Positions 44,940 through 55,263 of a stretch of 64,000 nt of DNA are shown piece by piece. Positions within the stretch are counted from its first letter, which is position 1; every line of letters starts with the position of its first letter. The stretch covers positions 224,001 through 288,000 of the forward strand of contig CAXXVZ010000002.1 of the NCBI GenBank assembly GCA_963678065.2, in the 5' to 3' direction. Origin of the DNA: Treponemataceae bacterium. Its GTDB lineage: Bacteria > Spirochaetota > Spirochaetia > Treponematales > Rectinemataceae. The position numbers and the translations under genes were made by a program. Under the pieces are notes generated by a model. That model did no database searches, was not told the DNA's origin, and was given only the letters and a program-made list of their open reading frames with translations.

Positions 44940-46537
44940 TCCTGCTCATCGACAACTACGATTCCTTCACCTGGAACCTCGCGCAGGGTTTCATGATGCT
45001 CGGCGAAGAGGTGAAGGTCGTCCGCAACGACAAGATCGACTGCGCACAGGCCGAAGCCCTCGATTTCGACCAACTCGTCATCTCGCCCGGCCCGGGCAGT
45101 CCGGAAAAAGCGGGGCGCTCGGTGGAACTCATCCGGCATTTCGCGGGAAAGAAGCCCATCCTGGGCGTCTGCCTCGGTCACCAGGCGATCGGAGCGGCCT
45201 TCGGGGCGAAAATCGTCCGGGCGGCGCGCATCATGCACGGAAAGACCGACCTCGCCTCGCACGACGGGACAGGAGTCTTCGCGGATCTGCCCAACCCCCT
45301 GCGGGTCGTGCGCTACCACTCCCTGTGCATCGACAGGACGACGGTCCCGGAAGGCTTCGAGGTCACGGCGCGGGCTTCGGACGGCGAGATCATGGGCATC
45401 AGGAACCGCTCCCTCCGCATCGAGGGACTGCAGTTCCACCCCGAATCGGTCGGAACGGAGGAGGGGCAGAGAATCCTGCGCAATTTCCTCTCGGGCGTGA
45501 AGGAAAGACCTTCCTTTAAGGCCATGCTGAAACGGCTGACCGCCCGCGAGTCCCTGTCGGGCGAGGAAGCGGCGAGTCTCATGGACCAGATAGCCGAGGG
45601 CCTCGTCACGCCGGCACAGGTCGGGGCCTTCCTCGCGGCGATCACCCTGAAAGGCCCGACGGTCGCGGAGATCGCGGGCTTCGCTGCCTCCCTGCGGGAC
45701 AAAGCCCTGCGCCTGCCGCTTCCGGAAGGGCTCTCCCTCACCGACACCTGCGGGACGGGCGGGGATTCCTCGGGCACCTTCAACATTTCGACGACAGCGT
45801 CTTTCGTCGCCGCGGGAGCCGGCGTGAAGATGGCGAAGCACGGCAACCGCTCGATCACCTCCCGCTCGGGCTCCGCAGATGTCCTCGAGGCCCTCGGCGT
45901 TCCCATCGACCTGAAGCCGGCCGAGGCCGTGCGCGCCATCGAGACGACAGGCATGGCCTTCCTCTTTGCGCCGGCCTACCACCCCGCCTTCCGCGGAATC
46001 ATGGGACCGCGCCGCGAAGTCGGCTTCAGGACCGTGTTCAACATGATCGGCCCCATGCTCAATCCCGCCCGCGCCGCCTCCCAGGTCATGGGTGTCTACG
46101 CCCCCGAACTCACCGAGACTGCAGCCTCCGTCCTGGCGGCGCTCGGGGTCCATCGCGCGCTCGTGGTTCACGGCCTCGACGGGGTCGACGAGATCAGCCT
46201 CGCGGCGAAGACCAAGGTGACGGAGCTCCGGGACGGATGGACCCGCTCATGGATCCTCGACCCGGCCGAATATGGCTTCGCGCAGTGCGAGGCCGGGGAC
46301 CTCAAGGGAGGGGACGCGACGGAGAACGCGAAAATCACCGAGCGAGTGCTCTCAGGGGAGGCCGGTCCGAAGCGCGACGTCGTCGTCCTGAACGCTGCCG
46401 CCGCGATCCTCGTGGCCGGGCTCGCTCCCGATTTCGGCGCGGCAATCTCGTCGGCCCGGGCATCGATCGATTCAGGCCGCGCCGCGGAGGTTCTCGCCAG
46501 GCTGCGCGCGTTCAGCGGGCCCCGGGAGGGCAGATGA
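44936..46537 (+). CDS. trpD: Bifunctional anthranilate synthase component II / anthranilate phosphoribosyltransferase (TrpG-TrpD fusion)
   Basis: TrpG motifs IDNYDSFT, GVCLGHQ and QFHPES; TrpD motifs DTCGTGGD, FNIST, KHGNRS and GSADVLE. Confidence 0.95.
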   Translation: MILLIDNYDSFTWNLAQGFMMLGEEVKVVRNDKIDCAQAEALDFDQLVISPGPGSPEKAGRSVELIRHFAGKKPILGVCLGHQAIGAAFGAKIVRAARIMHGKTDLASHDGTGVFADLPNPLRVVRYHSLCIDRTTVPEGFEVTARASDGEIMGIRNRSLRIEGLQFHPESVGTEEGQRILRNFLSGVKERPSFKAMLKRLTARESLSGEEAASLMDQIAEGLVTPAQVGAFLAAITLKGPTVAEIAGFAASLRDKALRLPLPEGLSLTDTCGTGGDSSGTFNISTTASFVAAGAGVKMAKHGNRSITSRSGSADVLEALGVPIDLKPAEAVRAIETTGMAFLFAPAYHPAFRGIMGPRREVGFRTVFNMIGPMLNPARAASQVMGVYAPELTETAASVLAALGVHRALVVHGLDGVDEISLAAKTKVTELRDGWTRSWILDPAEYGFAQCEAGDLKGGDATENAKITERVLSGEAGPKRDVVVLNAAAAILVAGLAPDFGAAISSARASIDSGRAAEVLARLRAFSGPREGR

Positions 46538-47454
46538 CGGACATCCTGGAACGCATTGTCGAGGCAAGAAAGGTCGACATCGCGGCCGACAAGAGCGAAC
46601 GCCCTCTATCCTCGCTGCAGAGGGTCTCGCGGAAGCCGCTGGCAGCCTTCATGCCCCAATCTCCTTCCCGGCCGGAGCCGGAGCCGGAGTCGAGCCAGGG
46701 ACTGCGGCCGACGCTGCGGCCGCTCGTCATAGCGGAATGCAAGCGGGCCTCTCCTTCACGGGGAATGATGAAGGCTGACTACGATCCCGCGGCACTCGCG
46801 ACAGCCTACGCGAAGGGGGGCGCGGGCATGGTATCCGTCATCACCGAGCCGCGATTTTTTCTCGGCTCGGCCTCCCATCTCGAGGCGGTGAGAGAGGCTG
46901 TGTCCCTCCCCATCCTCCGCAAGGATTTCATCGTCGACCCGTACCAGATCGAAGAGGCCTGGGCCATCGGCGCCGACGCCATCCTCCTCATAGCGGCCAT
47001 TCTTGACTCAGGCGCGCTCCGGGAGCTCGCAGACTGCGCCCATGAACGCTCACTCTCGGTGCTCGTCGAAATCCACGGCGAAGACGAGATCGAAAAGGCA
47101 GTCGCCTGCGGCCCCGACGCCATAGGCGTCAACATGCGGAACCTGAGGGATTTTTCCGTCGATGGGACGCGCGCCCGGGACCTACTCGTCAGGGCCGAGT
47201 TCGCCAGAGCGGAGTTCGCCCGGGCAAAGCCGGGAACGCTTCCCAAGGACATCGTCGCCGTCGCTGAGTCGGGCCTGAAGACGGCCGCGGACGCGGTCGG
47301 CCTCTACCGTCAGGGATTCGGCGCCTTCCTCATTGGCGAAGCCTTCGTGACGGCGGCTGAGCCCGAGCGGGAGGTGAGATCCTTTGTCGACGCGCTGACC
47401 GAGGCCGGACGGGATATGCGGATGCGCGTTTCTTCCCGAGGGGAGGAAGCGTGA
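46534..47454 (+). CDS. trpC: Indole-3-glycerol phosphate synthase
   Basis: Motifs IAECKRASPS, SVITEP, ILRKDF, GADAILL, GVNMRNL and AESG. Confidence 0.93.
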   Translation: MTDILERIVEARKVDIAADKSERPLSSLQRVSRKPLAAFMPQSPSRPEPEPESSQGLRPTLRPLVIAECKRASPSRGMMKADYDPAALATAYAKGGAGMVSVITEPRFFLGSASHLEAVREAVSLPILRKDFIVDPYQIEEAWAIGADAILLIAAILDSGALRELADCAHERSLSVLVEIHGEDEIEKAVACGPDAIGVNMRNLRDFSVDGTRARDLLVRAEFARAEFARAKPGTLPKDIVAVAESGLKTAADAVGLYRQGFGAFLIGEAFVTAAEPEREVRSFVDALTEAGRDMRMRVSSRGEEA

Positions 47455-48182
47455 GACCGAGCGTCAAGATCTGCGGCCTGACGAACTATGAGGACGCTGC
47501 CTGCGCCCTCGGACTCGGAGCCGACCTCATCGGATTCATCTTCGCCCCTTCGATCCGGCAGATCCCGCCTTGCGAGGCAGCGGTCATCGTCTCCCGGCTC
47601 AAGTCCGCCGGATTGCTCGGGCAGGCGAAGACAGTCGCTGTTTTCGTCAACGAGTCTCCGGAGAGGATGGCGGCTATTCTCCGCGAGACAGGCATCGATC
47701 TCGCCCAGATCCATGGAGACGAGAGCCCGCAAGACTGTGCGGCGTTCGATTTCCCCTGGTATCGCGCCCTCCGGATCTCCGCGAACAGAGCGGGCGACGC
47801 CGTCACCGCGTCGGTGCAGGGTCGGGATGCCGGTACGAGCGTCGACCTGGATACCGGAATCAGGCGCTACACCTGCTCCCGCCTGCTCTTCGACGCGGCC
47901 GTGCCGGGGATGTACGGAGGCAGCGGTACCACGATGGACAAAGAACGCGCGCGGGCCGCCATCGCCTCTGCCCGGAAAGCCGGCAAAGAAGTCTTCGTCG
48001 CGGGAGGGATCAGGCCGGAAAATGTCGCAAAGATCGTGCGCGACCTCGGGCCCGACGGGATCGATGTGGGGTCGGGAGTGGAAGAGCGGCCGGGCAAAAA
48101 GTCGGAAGAGAAGCTCGCCGCCCTGTTCCGGGAGCTCGACGCGCCTCGCGGAATGGAAAGGGAGGATGCATCCGATGTTTGA
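47451..48182 (+). CDS. trpF: Phosphoribosylanthranilate isomerase
   Basis: Motifs VKICGLT, GFIFA, QIHGDE, GGSG, AGGI and SGVE. Confidence 0.93.
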   Translation: MRPSVKICGLTNYEDAACALGLGADLIGFIFAPSIRQIPPCEAAVIVSRLKSAGLLGQAKTVAVFVNESPERMAAILRETGIDLAQIHGDESPQDCAAFDFPWYRALRISANRAGDAVTASVQGRDAGTSVDLDTGIRRYTCSRLLFDAAVPGMYGGSGTTMDKERARAAIASARKAGKEVFVAGGIRPENVAKIVRDLGPDGIDVGSGVEERPGKKSEEKLAALFRELDAPRGMEREDASDV

Positions 48183-49605
48183 AAAAGACGAACAGACGGG
48201 AAGGACGATGCCCGGGGCCGCTTTGTGCGGCGAAGCGGGCCCAGGCCCGATCGGCTGCGACCGGGCGGACCCGCGCCAGAGCGACGGCAATCGACCGGAC
48301 CCAGCCGGGATCGGCCAAGGCCGGCGCGAGGAGCGGTACTTCGGGCAGTTCGGCGGCCGCTACATCCCCGAAGTGCTCCGCCCCGCCTTCGAGGAACTGG
48401 AGGCCGCCTACTCCGCCGCCCGGATCGATCCCGCCTTCCAGAGCGAGTTTGAGAGGCTCTGCGCCGACTACATCGGCCGCCCGACTCCGCTCTACTTCGC
48501 CGAAAACCTGAGCCGCGAGTTCGGCGGCCGGAAAATTTACCTCAAGCTCGAAGGTCTCGCCCACACCGGGGCCCACAAGATCAACAACGCCCTCGGTCAG
48601 GCGCTTATCGCGAAGCGGATGGGCAAAACGCGCGTCATCGCCGAGACCGGGGCCGGGCAGCACGGTCTCGCTACCGCGGCCGTCTGCGCGAAACTCGGCC
48701 TCGAGTGCGAGGTCTTCATGGGTGAAGTCGACATGGCGCGCCAGCATCCCAACGTTTTCGGCATGCGCATGTACGGCGCGAAGGTGACGCCGGTCACCGA
48801 GGGCGGCCGGACCCTCACGGACGCAGTCAACGCCGCCCTCAAAAACTGGACCGAACGCATCGACGACACCCACTACCTTCTCGGCTCGGCCCTGGGTCCC
48901 TACCCCTACCCGACTATGGTCAGGGATTTCCAGAGCGTCATCGGAAGGGAAACCAGGCGCCAGATCATCGAGCGGGAGGGACGGCTCCCCGACGTCATTT
49001 TCGCCTGTGTCGGCGGCGGCTCCAATTCCATCGGAATGTTCAGCGCCTTTCTGGAAGACTCAGTCAGGCTCGTCGGCGTCGAGGCCGGCGGCCTCGGGAT
49101 AGCGTCGGGCGCGCACGCGGTGCGCATGGGCAGGACGGGCAAAGTCGGCGTCGTCCAGGCATACAAATCCATCTTCCTCCAGGATGACAACGGTTCGCTG
49201 AAGCCCACCCATTCGGTGAGCGCGGGGCTCGACTACGCGGGAATCGGTCCGGAACTCGCCCATCTCGGAACGACGGGCCGCATCGAGTTCACGAGCGCGA
49301 CCGACGACGAAGTCCTCGCCGCCCTGGCTCTCGCGGCCCGCAAAGAGGGCATCATGGCCGCGCTGGAATCCTCCCACGCCCTCGCCGGAGCCTTCCGCGC
49401 CATGCCGGAGCTGGCCAGAGACGCGATCGTCGTCGTCAACATCTCCGGCAGGGGGGACAAAGACATCTTCATCACCGCTCCCCGTTTCGACCGCGACGAC
49501 TGGCTCGCCTTCCTCGAAAACGAAGCTGCGCGAATCAGAGATTCCGCGGCGCGAAACAGGGGTTCGGAGCCACAATGCAAGGAGACCGACGATGACCGGA
49601 ATTGA
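48175..49605 (+). CDS. trpB: Tryptophan synthase beta chain, with N-terminal extension
   Basis: Motifs FGQFGGRY, HTGAHKINN, AETGAGQHG, CVGGGSN, SAGLDY and SGRGDKD; the exact start is uncertain. Confidence 0.93.
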   Translation: MFEKDEQTGRTMPGAALCGEAGPGPIGCDRADPRQSDGNRPDPAGIGQGRREERYFGQFGGRYIPEVLRPAFEELEAAYSAARIDPAFQSEFERLCADYIGRPTPLYFAENLSREFGGRKIYLKLEGLAHTGAHKINNALGQALIAKRMGKTRVIAETGAGQHGLATAAVCAKLGLECEVFMGEVDMARQHPNVFGMRMYGAKVTPVTEGGRTLTDAVNAALKNWTERIDDTHYLLGSALGPYPYPTMVRDFQSVIGRETRRQIIEREGRLPDVIFACVGGGSNSIGMFSAFLEDSVRLVGVEAGGLGIASGAHAVRMGRTGKVGVVQAYKSIFLQDDNGSLKPTHSVSAGLDYAGIGPELAHLGTTGRIEFTSATDDEVLAALALAARKEGIMAALESSHALAGAFRAMPELARDAIVVVNISGRGDKDIFITAPRFDRDDWLAFLENEAARIRDSAARNRGSEPQCKETDDDRN

Positions 49606-50434
49606 GCGAATCCGCGCGGCGTTCGAAAAAAACACGCGCCGCCACCCTTCGGAGTCCCAACGTGGCCCCGAGTCCCGGCGCCTCCCCAGCCTCATGACTC
49701 ACGCCGTCTGCGGTTACCCCGATCTCGCGACCTCAGAGCGGCTCATGCGCGCCATGACCGATGCCGGGAGCGACATCATCGAAGCCCAGATCCCCTTCAG
49801 CGACCCATCCGCGGACGGGCCGGCCATCGTCGCGGCCAACCACGGAGCTCTGGCATCGGGCGCTACGACGGCTTCCTGTCTCGACATGCTCGCCCGGCTC
49901 CGCGACCGGACGGGAAAACCCATCATCGTCATGAGCTACCTGAACCCTCTCCTGGCCTTCGGCATCGAGAGACTCGCCGGATACATGGTCCGGAACGGGC
50001 TCGACGGTGTCATTGTGCCCGACTGTCCGGAGGATGAACCCGAGTACAGGCTGCCGGAAATCATGGCCGACTCGGGCCTCGCCTTCGTGCCCCTCATCGC
50101 CCCTTCCACAGGCGCCGTGAGGGCTCGCGAGCTTGCCGCACGGAGCTCCTCACCGTTCATCTACGCCGTGATGCGCCTCGGAGTGACGGGACGGGCGACA
50201 CAGATCACCGGTGAGGCGCGAGAGAGGCTCGCCGCCCTCCGCGATGCGACCGGCCGCCGCGTGGCCGCCGGGTTCGGGCTCGGAGAGAGAGCCCAAATGG
50301 AAGCTCTCGCGGGATACGCCGACTGCGCGATAGTCGGGAGCGCCGCCCTCGCCGTCTTCAACCGGGCGCGCGGGGCCGGGCAGGATGGAGTCGGCGCCGT
50401 CGGGGATTTCGTCAGGAAGCTCAGGGGCTGGTGA
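49592..50434 (+). CDS. trpA: Tryptophan synthase alpha chain
   Basis: Motifs IEAQIPFSDPSADGP, MSYLNP, LIAP, GVTG, GFG and IVGSA. Confidence 0.93.
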   Translation: MTGIERIRAAFEKNTRRHPSESQRGPESRRLPSLMTHAVCGYPDLATSERLMRAMTDAGSDIIEAQIPFSDPSADGPAIVAANHGALASGATTASCLDMLARLRDRTGKPIIVMSYLNPLLAFGIERLAGYMVRNGLDGVIVPDCPEDEPEYRLPEIMADSGLAFVPLIAPSTGAVRARELAARSSSPFIYAVMRLGVTGRATQITGEARERLAALRDATGRRVAAGFGLGERAQMEALAGYADCAIVGSAALAVFNRARGAGQDGVGAVGDFVRKLRGW

Positions 50435-50644
50435 GCCTGTTTGCCGATGGGCCGGTGGTCCGGCGAGGGCGACGAAAGCCCCGACACGCTTCTGCGTCCG
50501 AAGATAGCCCGCTCGATTTCCACGCCTTCCTCATGTTGTGCATATACACATAAATCAGCAAAATAACAGTGTACTTGCATATTTTTTACAATAACTATTG
50601 ACAATTCATACATTCCATATGAAAACTGGCACTCAAGGAAAACC

Positions 50645-51094
50645 ATGAGCTACAAACTCGACAACTACGACATCGAAATCATCCGCAATCTGTGGAACGG
50701 ACGCACTCCCTACCAGGAAATAGCCAAGACCGTAGGCCTCACGACGAATACGGTGCGCAACCGGGTCAACAGAATGATAGAGAGCGGTGCGCTGCAGATC
50801 ATCAGCCTCGTGAATCCGACCGCCCTCGAAAACCATCAGGCCGCATATATAGGTTTCAAGATTCTGCCGCAGAAGATGACGGCGGCGCTGAACGCGATCT
50901 CGTCGCTGAAAGGCGTGGTGGGAGCCTCCTCCGTCAGCGGGAGGTTCGACATCATGGCCGTCGTCATGTTCAACGAGGAGCATTCCTACCAGCGTTTTCT
51001 GGAAGAAGAGCTGAAGAAAGTGGATGGCCTTCTGAGCTCGGAAACCTTTTTCGCGATCGGGGGAGACACCTTCCAGTTGCGCTATGTCCTGTAG
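50645..51094 (+). CDS. Lrp/AsnC family transcriptional regulator
   Basis: HTH LDNYDIEII...GRTPYQEIAKTVGLT..TVRNRV; motif SGRFD. Confidence 0.9.
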   Translation: MSYKLDNYDIEIIRNLWNGRTPYQEIAKTVGLTTNTVRNRVNRMIESGALQIISLVNPTALENHQAAYIGFKILPQKMTAALNAISSLKGVVGASSVSGRFDIMAVVMFNEEHSYQRFLEEELKKVDGLLSSETFFAIGGDTFQLRYVL

Positions 51095-51139
51095 GGTTTT
51101 CAGCCAAATCCTGTAGATACATCAAGAAAAGGAGCTGTC

Positions 51140-52228
51140 ATGCGCTACTTGAACGAGGACGATATCGAGAAAATCGCCATGGGCGCGGCGGTGCTCGGTT
51201 CCGGCGGCGGAGGCGATCCCTACGTCGGAAAACTGATGGCCAAACAGGCCATCCGGAAGCACGGACCGGTGCGCCTGATCGACGCGGACGATGTGCCCGA
51301 CGGCGAACTGGTCATTCCCTCCGCCATGATGGGTGCACCAGCCGTCATGCTGGAAAAACTGCCCAACGGGGCCGAACCGGAAATGGCCTTCCGCGCGCTC
51401 GAGAAATTCCTCGGCAGGAAGGCCTTCGCGGTCATATCCATAGAAGCGGGAGGCCTGAACTCCTGTATCCCCATCTACACGGCGGCCTGCCTCGGCCTTC
51501 CGCTCGTGGACGGCGACGGCATGGGCCGCGCCTTCCCCGAACTGCCCATGGTTTCGTTCAGCATAGGGGGCGTTTCCTCCACTCCCATGGTCGTGTGCGA
51601 TGAAAAGGGCAACAAGCTGATAATCGAAACCGTGACCAACCAATGGAGCGAAATACTCTCGCGAACGGCGACCGTGGCTATGGGGCTCTCCTCCATGCTC
51701 GGCATCTACAGCATGGACGGTTCCACGCTCAAACGACTGGCTGTGCGCGGAACCATGACGCTCGCACAGAGGATAGGCGAAAAGATCCTGGAGGCGGGGC
51801 GATCCCGGATCAGCGCGGTGGAAGGCATCCTGGAAATATCGAAGGGTTTCAGATTGTTCGAGGGCAAGATATCCGATGTGCGCCGCGACCTGACGAGCGG
51901 TTTCATCCGCGGGACGGTGAGCTTCGAAGGCCTCGAAGCGGACAAAGGCTCCGTTTTCGAACTCGATTTCCAGAACGAGAACCTCGTGGGCAGGCGCGAC
52001 GGCGTGGCCGCGGCCATGACGCCCGACCTCATCACGGTCCTGGACCAGGAACGCGGTCTGCCGATCACGACCGAGCACCTGAAATACGGCCGCCGCTGCG
52101 TCGTCGTGGGCATGCCCTGCAACCCGATCTGGCGCACCGAAGCCGGTCTCAGGCAGGTGGGTCCGCGTTATTTCAAGTATGACCTGGACTATCTGCCTAT
52201 CGAGAAGCTTGCCGGAGGTGCGCGATGA
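51140..52228 (+). CDS. DUF917 family protein
   Basis: Motifs GAAVLGSGGGG, MGAP, IEAGGLNS, DGDGMGRAFPEL, FQNENL and PDLI. Confidence 0.88.
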   Translation: MRYLNEDDIEKIAMGAAVLGSGGGGDPYVGKLMAKQAIRKHGPVRLIDADDVPDGELVIPSAMMGAPAVMLEKLPNGAEPEMAFRALEKFLGRKAFAVISIEAGGLNSCIPIYTAACLGLPLVDGDGMGRAFPELPMVSFSIGGVSSTPMVVCDEKGNKLIIETVTNQWSEILSRTATVAMGLSSMLGIYSMDGSTLKRLAVRGTMTLAQRIGEKILEAGRSRISAVEGILEISKGFRLFEGKISDVRRDLTSGFIRGTVSFEGLEADKGSVFELDFQNENLVGRRDGVAAAMTPDLITVLDQERGLPITTEHLKYGRRCVVVGMPCNPIWRTEAGLRQVGPRYFKYDLDYLPIEKLAGGAR

Positions 52229-53784
52229 ACTACAGACTCGGTATCGATGTCGGCGGAACCAACACGGATGCCGTAATCCTGGACGGGAACAACAGAGTTG
52301 TGGCGAAGGCGAAAGTCGCGACCAGTCCCGACGTGTTGTCGGGCATCGATGCGGCGGTAGTGCGGGTGCTTTCGGTTTCGGAGATCTCCCCGGAATCCGT
52401 CACGGATGCCATGCTCGGCACCACCCATGCGACCAATGCCATCATAGAGCGCAAAGGACTTTCGCGGGTATCCGTCATCCGGCTTTCCGGACCTTCCGGA
52501 TTTTCCATTCCGCCCTTCGTGGAATGGCCGGAAGACCTGCTCAGGACAATAGGCGGGACATACGCGATCGTGAAGGGCGGCTACGAATACACGGGCGTCG
52601 CCATCGCGGAGCCCGACAGGGATGAAATCCGCAGGGCACTGGAAGCCGCCGGGCGCTCCGGCGCCGAAGCCCTGGCCGTCTCGTCGGCCTTCGCTCCGGT
52701 AAACCATGGCCACGAACTTCTGGTCGCCGAGTTGGCGCAGGAAATTCTGGGGAAGGATTTTCCGGTAACCCTGTCCCACGAGATAGGCAGCATAGGCCTG
52801 ATCGAGCGGGAAAATGCCGCCATCCTGAACGCGGCCATCCGGAAACTCGCCGGGAAGGCCTACGGGAGCTTCAGGAATGCCCTGGGCAAGCACGGCATCA
52901 GCGCCGATCTCTTCATAACCCAGAATGACGGCACCCTCATGTCGGTGGAATACGCCATGCGCTACCCGGTGCTCACGGTCGCCTCCGGTCCCACCAACTC
53001 TCTGCGCGGCGCAGCCTACCTTTCAGGAATCTCTGACGGAATCGTGGTGGACGTGGGTGGCACCACGACTGATGTCGGAGTCCTGAGCAAGGGGTTCCCC
53101 CGCGAGTCGAGCGCGGCGGCAGATGTCGGCGGCGTGCGCACCAATTTCCGCATGCCGGATCTCATCTCGATCGGGCTGGGAGGAGGCTCTCTGGTACATC
53201 TTGAGTCCACGCCCATCACTGTCGGTCCCCGGTCCGTGGGATATCGCATCGGCTCCGAGGCTCTCGTCTTCGGCGGTTCGACGCTGACAGCGAGCGACAT
53301 CGCCGTCGCGGCGGGACTCGCGGACATGGGAGACAGCTCCCTCGCGGCGGGCATCGACAAGAGACAGGCGGCCGCCGCGGCGGCGGTCATGAAACGCATG
53401 ACGGAAAACCTGATCGACACAATGAAAACCTCCTCCGCGGGAGTGCCGGTGATCCTGGTAGGCGGCGGCAGCGTGCTCCTGCCCGACTCCCTCGCGGGAG
53501 CGAGCCAGGTCCTTCGTCCCGCGAATTTCGATGTCGCCAACGCGATCGGGGCGGCGATAGCCCAGGTCTCCGGCACTGTCGACGGCGTCTTCGATGTGGC
53601 CGGCAAGGGCCGGGACAGGGTGATGGAAGAGGTCAAGGAGAGGGCAGTCGCGGAAGCCGTCCGGGCGGGCGCGGATGAAGGGACAGTGGGCATAGTCGAG
53701 ATCGAAGAGATTCCCCTGGCCTACCTGCCCTCCAGCGCGGTCAGATTCCGGGTAAAAGCCGTGGGAGACCTGAGAAAACGATAA
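52225..53784 (+). CDS. Hydantoinase/oxoprolinase A family protein
   Basis: Motifs GIDVGGTNTD, GTTHATNA, RENAAILN, SGPTNS, DVGGTTTD and ANAIGAA. Confidence 0.9.
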   Translation: MNYRLGIDVGGTNTDAVILDGNNRVVAKAKVATSPDVLSGIDAAVVRVLSVSEISPESVTDAMLGTTHATNAIIERKGLSRVSVIRLSGPSGFSIPPFVEWPEDLLRTIGGTYAIVKGGYEYTGVAIAEPDRDEIRRALEAAGRSGAEALAVSSAFAPVNHGHELLVAELAQEILGKDFPVTLSHEIGSIGLIERENAAILNAAIRKLAGKAYGSFRNALGKHGISADLFITQNDGTLMSVEYAMRYPVLTVASGPTNSLRGAAYLSGISDGIVVDVGGTTTDVGVLSKGFPRESSAAADVGGVRTNFRMPDLISIGLGGGSLVHLESTPITVGPRSVGYRIGSEALVFGGSTLTASDIAVAAGLADMGDSSLAAGIDKRQAAAAAAVMKRMTENLIDTMKTSSAGVPVILVGGGSVLLPDSLAGASQVLRPANFDVANAIGAAIAQVSGTVDGVFDVAGKGRDRVMEEVKERAVAEAVRAGADEGTVGIVEIEEIPLAYLPSSAVRFRVKAVGDLRKR

Positions 53785-53845
53785 TCGATCCGAATGACAC
53801 GCGACCCTGGCAGCCGCGTGACTCGAAAGGGAGGAGGAGCGGATA

Positions 53846-55171
53846 ATGACAGAGAAGATGGGTCGAAAAACCGAATTGACGGAAGACTACGGCGCCAAAC
53901 CGGTGCCCCTGGCCGAAGGCAAAGGCTGGTTCGGAATAGGCATGGTCTACTGGGGAAGCGCCATGTGCCTGCCGGTTTTCTTTATCTCCGGGCTGATCGC
54001 GGGGCCCCTGCCCCTTGGAACTTCGATCGCGATCTATGTCACTGCGGGCGTCGTCCTCGGCATTGTCTCCATCCTGACCGGAATACTCGGAGCGGGAACC
54101 CGACTGTCCACAGGACTCACCGCACGCTTCACCTTCGGGAAGATCGGCGCGAACATTCTCCAGATCCTGCTTTTCTTCGCCCTCTGGGGCTGGTTCGGCG
54201 TACAGCTCGGCTTCATGGTCTCGGGCTTCGGCGACGGCGGCCTCATGCTGGTGCTCGGAACGGGAATCCCCGCCTGGGTCTACACCCTCCTGGGCGGCTT
54301 CCTCATCACCCTGACAGCCATTGTCGGCTACAAAGCCATTGAAAAGCTCAGCGTCCTCGCGATGCCTCTCATCATCGTGATGCTTGTCGCGACGATAATC
54401 CGCGAGTATAGCGCCCCGATAGCGGCTCCGGCCGCCGCCGCGGGAGCCGCCATGCCCTTCGGCGCCGCCGTCTCCCTCCTCATCGGCTCTTTCATAATCG
54501 GCGCGACCATCACTCCCGATGTGACACGCTACGCGAAGGGCAAACCGGCCGCAGGCTGGGGCCTCTTCTTCGGCATGGTCATCGGCTTCCCCGTCATTCT
54601 CAGCCTCGGGGCCATCATGATAAAGGGCTCGGGCGGCGAGTTCGACTTCTCGAAGATAATGCTGAAGGGCGGATCGCCCATCTGGGCCATAATGGCCGTT
54701 CTGACCATCGTACTCGCCTCCTGGACAACGAACGACGTCAACCTGTACTCGGGCGCTCTCTCGGTCAACGCACTCTTCCCCAAACTCAGCAAGGTCACGA
54801 TCACGGCGATCTCGGGCACGGCCGGAACCGTCCTCGCGCTCCTCGGCATCAACACCGCGGCAGGGTTTCAGTCCTTCCTCAATGTCATCGCCATCCTGAT
54901 CCCATCCGCGGCCTCGGTCATGATCGTCGACTATTTCCTGTTCAGAGGTGAGCTCAACGGCGGTTACAAACCGGAAAAAGTCGAGTCGATGCCCCCGGTC
55001 AGGGTTCTGCCCATGCTCGCCTGGGCAGTCGGGGCGGCATTCGGCTTTGTCGTCCAATACGCCAAAATCACCTTCACGACAGTGACTGCCCTCGATACCA
55101 TCATCGTGAGCGCGATCTTCTATATAGCCGCGATGCTCGCGACCAGAAACAGGATACGGCCCGGAATTTGA
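53846..55171 (+). CDS. Cytosine/purine permease family (NCS1, CodB-like)
   Basis: About 12 TM segments; motifs EDYGAKPVP, PDVTRY and WTTNDVNLYS. Confidence 0.88.
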   Translation: MTEKMGRKTELTEDYGAKPVPLAEGKGWFGIGMVYWGSAMCLPVFFISGLIAGPLPLGTSIAIYVTAGVVLGIVSILTGILGAGTRLSTGLTARFTFGKIGANILQILLFFALWGWFGVQLGFMVSGFGDGGLMLVLGTGIPAWVYTLLGGFLITLTAIVGYKAIEKLSVLAMPLIIVMLVATIIREYSAPIAAPAAAAGAAMPFGAAVSLLIGSFIIGATITPDVTRYAKGKPAAGWGLFFGMVIGFPVILSLGAIMIKGSGGEFDFSKIMLKGGSPIWAIMAVLTIVLASWTTNDVNLYSGALSVNALFPKLSKVTITAISGTAGTVLALLGINTAAGFQSFLNVIAILIPSAASVMIVDYFLFRGELNGGYKPEKVESMPPVRVLPMLAWAVGAAFGFVVQYAKITFTTVTALDTIIVSAIFYIAAMLATRNRIRPGI

Positions 55172-55263
55172 ACCCTGTCAGGCCGCGGCCGGAATCCGGA
55201 GGCTGCGGCCCTTTTCTCTCCCCGACCCGTGCGACACGACCGCTTTCAGCATCAGGGCGGCAT

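Noticed and set aside
47488..48174. 705-aa TrpB ORF suggesting a TrpF-TrpB fusion
   Set aside because: TrpF is in a different frame with its own stop at 48182.
50540..50640. Defined promoter or Lrp sites in the AT-rich region before lrp
   Set aside because: TTGACA is present at 50598, but I found no convincing -10 or discrete operator.
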